A stretch of DNA of 64,000 nt, taken from assembly GCA_046563655.1 (NCBI GenBank), contig CM102283.1, forward strand, positions 3,100,001-3,164,000, written 5' to 3'. The notes under the pieces were generated by a model. The model was given only the letters and a program-made list of their open reading frames with translations. It did no database searches and was not told where the DNA came from. The stretch comes from Yuukianura sp. NJ FZ-2021 (taxonomy: Eukaryota). The position numbers were made by a program, and so were the translations under genes. Shown one piece after another: positions 58,502 through 64,000 of this stretch (within the stretch, counting starts at the first letter, position 1; every line of letters begins with the position of its first letter).

Positions 58502-61227
58502 ATGGAACAAGCTCAACCTGGAAAACCACAGAGGGTGCCGAAGGTGGCGAAGGTAATTTTAATTGCAGTTCAATTTAAAAATCTGCTGGTTAATCGTTAG
58601 ATTTCAGATGTTCAACTCATCATTGTTCGTTTCGTTACAGGTAAAGAACAAGGCTCCCGCAGAAATCCAGATAACTGCTGAACAGCTTCTGCGCGAAGCA
58701 AAGGAACGTGATTTGGAAATTGTAGCTGCTCCGCCGAAACAGAAGATCTCTGATCCAGAAGAACTTGCTGCCTATCGACTCAAGAAACGAAAGGGATTTG
58801 AAGATAACATTCGCAAAAATCGGTACGAATTTCAACTAATTTCCTCTTCTCTTCAATTAAGACAACTTCATGCTAACATTGAAATTTGTGTTTTGCAGAA
58901 TGGTGATTGGAAATTGGTTGAAATACTCAGCATGGGAAGAGTCGCAGGGAGAAATTCAGCGAGCGCGGAGTGTGTACGAAAGAGCGCTGGACGTGGATCA
59001 TCGCAACATCACTCTATGGCTGCGATACGCCGAAATGGAAATGCGGGCACGTCAAGTACGTCAACGTTACTAACGTTACCGTCAAGTTTACTCAAAGTTA
59101 CTCCAAATTTTGCTATTCTAAACTCTGTCAATTTCTGTCACAGGTCAACCATGCCAGGAATCTTTGGGATCGAGCCATCACTGTCATGCCGAGAGTGAAC
59201 CAGTTTTGGTACAAGTATACATACATGGAGGAGATGCTTGGGAATGTCGCTGGATGTCGCCAAGTTTTTGAACGTTGGATGGAATGGCACCCACATGAAC
59301 AAGCTTGGCAAACTTATATCAACTTTGAACTTCGTTACAAAGAAGTAGATCGGGCCAGAGGAATCTACGAGCAGTTCGTCTACACTCACCCAGAAGTTGG
59401 ACACTGGATCAAATATGCCCGATTTGAAGAGAAGCATGGCTACATCCGCTCTGCCCGAAAAGTCTATGAACGGGCCGTTGAATTCTACGGTGAAGATTTC
59501 ATGGACGAACGTCTCTTCATAGCTTTTGCAAAATTTGAAGAGAATCAACGCGAGGTGAGAAAAATTCAATAAAAATTAAACAATTTCAAAAAGTTATAAA
59601 CTTTTTCTAACTTTTTATGATTGTAGCATGATCGTGCCAGAGTAATTTACAAGTACGCTTTGGATAATCTCCCGAAAGATAAATCACAAGACCTCTACAA
59701 AGCCTATACGATTCACGAAAAGAAGTATGGCGACAGAACTGGGATTGAGTCTGTGATTACTTCCAAACGTCGACTTCAGTATGAAGAAAAGCTCAGTTCA
59801 AATCCACTTGACTATGACACTTGGTTTGATCTCCTCAAACTTCTAGAAAACGCAGAAGAAGTAGATTCAGATTTAGTTCGAGAAACTTATGAAAAAGCAA
59901 TTTCACATGTTCCACCAGCTCCGGTGAGTAAACTTTTCAAGTTAGTTAAAAGTTAAAACGAGTTAAAACGTAGGTTAAAAGTTAGTTTTAAACTATTTCA
60001 ACTTTGGTCCATAGGTGAAAACGTACTGGCGTCGATACATTTATCTGTGGATAAACTATGCAGTTTTTGAAGAAATGGAAATGCAAGATGAAGAGAGAGC
60101 GAGACAAGTGTACAAAGCATGCCTCGATTTACTCCCACACAAATCATTCACTTTCGGAAAAATTTGGTTGCTCTATGCCTACTTTGAAGTCCGCAGGAAG
60201 AATTTGCAACAAGCTCGAAAAACTCTGGTAAAACCTAAAAATTTTGAAATTAGCCCCACTTTTTTTAAATTTTGGATTGAAAAAGGCTTACCAATGTGTT
60301 TGTTTCAGGGAACAGCCATCGGAGCATGTCCGAAAGACAAATTATTTCGCGGATACATCGGACTTGAAACGCAGTTACGAGAGTTCGACCGAGCTCGGAT
60401 TTTGTATCAGAAGTTTCTGGAATTCGGACCGGAAAATTGCACGACATGGTTGAGATTTGCTGAACTGGAGTGTCTTCTCGGCGATCTGGAGAGAGCAAGA
60501 GCAATTTACGAGTTGGCTGTAAATCAACCGAGGCTGGACATGCCCGAGATACTTTGGAAAACTTACATTGACTTTGAGATTGAACATGGAGAAACCGAGA
60601 AGGCCAGAGAGCTGTACCATCGTCTTCTGGATCGAACTCAGCATGTCAAGGTGAGTGACAAGCATTCTTCTAAATACTGGATGCTGGATCGCAGTATTTC
60701 GGATACTGGATGCTGGATCATAGTTTTGACACTTGTACTTTTTTTTAGGTGTGGATGAGTTTGGCTCAGTTTGAACTTGGAGTTGGCGACGAGAACTCGA
60801 TAACAGCAGCACGGAAGGTGTTTGAGATGGCCAATGAGCGACTGCGTAACAACGAGAAGGAGGAGCGACTGATGCTGCTGGAGGCTTGGAAAGTATTTGA
60901 GAGTGAAAATGGAGACGAGCAGAGTCAGGCGGACATACTGGACAGACTGCCTAGAAAAATCAAAAAGAGGAGGAAAATTGAAACAGCTGACGGTGTAAGG
61001 ATTTTGAAAAATATGGAATTCAACATTTCACATGTATTTTACTTACCAAAATGCCAACTTTTTTGAATTTTTAGTCGGAAGCAGGATGGGAAGAATATTT
61101 CGATTACATTTTCCCAGAAGACGAAGCAGCCAAACCAAATCTCAAGCTTTTGGCTATGGCGAAGATGTGGAAGAAAAACAAGTTACAGACTAAAAGTGTT
61201 AAATGGACTAATTTTTATGTAAATTAA
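58502..61227 (+). CDS. crn: Crooked neck (CRNKL1/Clf1) HAT-repeat splicing factor
   Basis: [82 protein letters not shown]...[13 protein letters not shown]. Confidence 0.96.
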
Positions 61228-61505
61228 TTAAATGTTTTTATAATTGAATAAAAAGTAATCGACCTACAGAAAATGATTAAAATTGATATTCTAAACTTAA
61301 AATTTAGTAACAAATAGGTCTATCTGTTACACGGGCGAGGTCATGTGACGATGATGTTTAGTTTCTTGTCATTCTTGAAATATTTTACTTCAGGTATTTT
61401 CGATGATTGATTACTATGTACAGTTTGTACAATTTTTCGAAAATCGATTTCAGAAATCGGAAAACTTCAAAGAAAGTAATCATCTTCGTCACATGAGGCG
61501 TTTTG

Positions 61506-62247
61506 TCAGTCCAAGTCTTCCGGTAAAACAGGATGGTCTAGAGGAATAATCGATTTCTTTTCGACGTCTCGTTCCATGGCTTTCCTCATGTCTGAAAATT
61601 ATTTCCCAAATGTTGAATTTGACTTCGAAAATTTTGAAATTTTTTGATTTACCATAAGCATCTTCATCAGGGTCACCGGAGTAATAGCCTAGAACTGTTC
61701 TGTAGACAACATATCCCAACCTCTTGTACATGTTGATGGCATTGTCATTAGATTTCCGGACAAACAGATCAACAAAGTACGTCTTTTTCCTAAAGAAAGA
61801 AGTAATCGATTAATCGAAGTAATCGAAAAGTCAACTCTTTTCACTTCTTAACTTACGCTTCTGAAATGTCTTCCAGAAACTTCATCAACAGTCCTGCTAT
61901 TCCATGTCGTCTAAAGTCCGCTCGCACGGTGAGACAAGTTACGTGGCCGTGCCAGTTCTCATCTCGTCCTTCCGCCTTGCCCATAACTGTTCAAATAAAA
62001 CGGTTCATTTATTAAAAGCATGACAGTTAACAAAATGATCTCGTAGTCGTAATTGTCATTGTTAGTCTTTCTCTTTACCGTAACCAATCATTTGACCAGA
62101 AGCTGTTTCTACTTTTTGGATGTACTCTGGCCATCGAGCCAAGTAGCTCATGTAAAATGAAAATCCGTATGTCTCCGTCAGTGCATCGAACTGGACTTTG
62201 TTGTATTTCAGAAGATCCCAGCATGTGAACGGGACTAGGGTCACCAT
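61506..62247 (-). CDS. NAA20: N-alpha-acetyltransferase 20 (NatB catalytic subunit), 4 exons
   Basis: DALTETYGFSFYMSYLARWPEY...MGKAEG..ENWHGHVTCLTV..FRRHGIA...YFVDLFVRKSN..AINMYKRLGYVVYRTVLGYYSGDPDEDAYDMRKA. Confidence 0.95.
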
Positions 62248-63008
62248 CTTGAATCTTTAAATCGTTTTTCCACCTAAGACAAACAAAAATCGATCGTCAT
62301 GAACCGTAACACAGTGAGAGTGAGAGTGATAATAACCGGTGATCATAAACTAAACAGACGGTTGGTATTTACCTTTCAACGTCGTCCAGACCTTTACCCA
62401 CTCCCACTGAGAGTAACTGGAGTTCTCAACCTAAGTATACTAATAAGGTAACAATTAATTAATTAAATTAACAAATGAACAATCAATTGATTCTGATTGA
62501 GATGACGCCGAATAAATAAACATAAACAATGCGTGGATATTTTTTGAAATTGAATTGAGGAGTCTGAAAATGGTTTTTAACTTTCGCGCCTTTTTCTTTT
62601 CACTTCATATTCAAATCTCTCTGTATTGCAAAGTACCGTTATTCTTTAAGGAAAGTAACGTAATTAAATTAGAGTTAATTAAGTTAATTTAAAGTAATTA
62701 ATTTACCATTAAATTAATTACACCTAATAAGTGAATTCGTGACTTTGTTTCGGAGAAAGGCATATACTGTGAGGTTTAACTCGGGTTTTTACCGTTAGCT
62801 CGTCACGTGACTCTTTTGAGTATGACGTCACGTAACGGTTCTTTACACACAATGCCGTTAGCCCAGAGTTCATTGAACTTTTCCTTTGTCTCGTCATTCT
62901 CCGTCTTCTTCTTCAGCAGATCTGATGTCTCTTGTCTCCCTGTCTCCAATTGGTCATCGTCAATTGATCCAGTATCCAGTACTTCCAGTATTTCACCTGT
63001 TTCGAACC

Positions 63009-63510
63009 ATGGCAGCATCAGAGGTCGTTGGACAACAACAAGCACAAGAAGATTCCTACACAAATCAGAGTCCAAAACCGGCCGAATCGAAGTCACCTCC
63101 TGGCACGGCTACTGCCGACGGTAACTGTATGGTTGAACCCTTGAAAAGTTTGAAATTACTGAGGAAGGTGGCTCCGACTCCACCACAACCAGCTCCATCC
63201 AACCTTGCAACGATTACGGTACGCGGAGGATCCGATTACCTTGTGGCACTTTGTAAAGGTGAAAACAGAGATGCTACTATTCGGGCATGGGTGACGGATA
63301 CTCTTCCGGGAAAACCCCTTTCCGAATCGGGACAAATCGCATTGGCTCGTGGTAAGTAAGTGGCAGTGCTCAACTTTTAAAACTCAATTACTGTTGTCTG
63401 TAAATCTGTAAACTTAACCAGGTTTTGCTTCCTTTGTCACAGCTCTACTAATCAAACGCATGGACAAAATGGACAAGAATAAGAGCAAGGGGTTGAAGCG
63501 GCTGTGCTGA
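63009..63510 (+). CDS. Small orphan protein (~135 aa), 2 coding exons
   Basis: ccATGg context at 63009, open frame to donor gtaagt at ~63352, acceptor cacag at 63442, ends KSKGLKRLC*; head-to-head with NAA20. No family recognised. Confidence 0.5.
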
Positions 63511-64000
63511 AAAAGTAATCCGTTAGCGAACAAGAATCATTCAGAAAATTGCGTGCGAACCGCCAATAATCAGCAGGTGAGGGTGACATATAGTATTTGA
63601 GCTAGGTATAACTATTTCAGATTGATTGATGAATTGTTAAATGTTAACGTTTTATTAACGTTATGTGCGCTAACATTGGCAGGTCCGGAGTGTCGAGTCC
63701 ATAAGTCAGTGACTTTCGTCAATCAAGCATCAATTCATCAGTCGTAACATCGGTCTCAATTACTCAGTCTACGTCAACTAATCAACTCACATGCAATCAC
63801 TCCACGTACCGTCACAGATGATAGAAGTACCGGTAATCCCAAGAGAATTTGTGCTCAACAATCAAGCAAGGAATAGGAGTCAATCAAAATGTTTAATGAA
63901 TAGTGTAACCCATTATGTTAGAATGTTTAGTAAATTTTAGAGATTGGATCCGGTCACTTGGTTCACATAGTCCAGAAAGGCCGTAGTTCGTGTAAACCCG

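Overview
Eukaryotic, AT-rich, gene-dense arthropod DNA with mostly 55-100 nt GT-AG introns; the style suggests a springtail-like hexapod (inference). About 14 spliced genes can be reconstructed by hand. In order: last exon of a dimmed/Mist1 bHLH, SLC46-like MFS transporter, p110alpha-type class I PI3K, Nup155, divergent F-box protein, kinesin-2 (KIF3-like), Kazal inhibitor, GPI-type 2-Ig protein, a 4-TM orphan, PWWP+IBD (LEDGF/JASPer-like), a secreted JHBP/takeout-like protein, LENG8/SAC3-GANP, crooked neck, NAA20 and a small orphan. Mobile DNA comprises a Tc1/mariner-type MITE, Helentron/DINE-like relics and a very young 1.72-kb non-autonomous LTR element (identical 446-bp LTRs, 5-bp TSD, internal 84-bp GC-rich array). 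The most striking observation is that this LTR element lacks a tRNA primer-binding site. In its place is T5-CCAATTG-AGCTTT, which is complementary to the predicted polyadenylated 3' end of the element's own RNA, in the polarity needed to prime reverse transcription. Other notable points are a 20-nt-periodic chain of AUGA-overlapping uORFs in front of PI3K and a kinesin P-loop split over 12- and 22-nt micro-exons. All calls are from manual reading; no searches were run.
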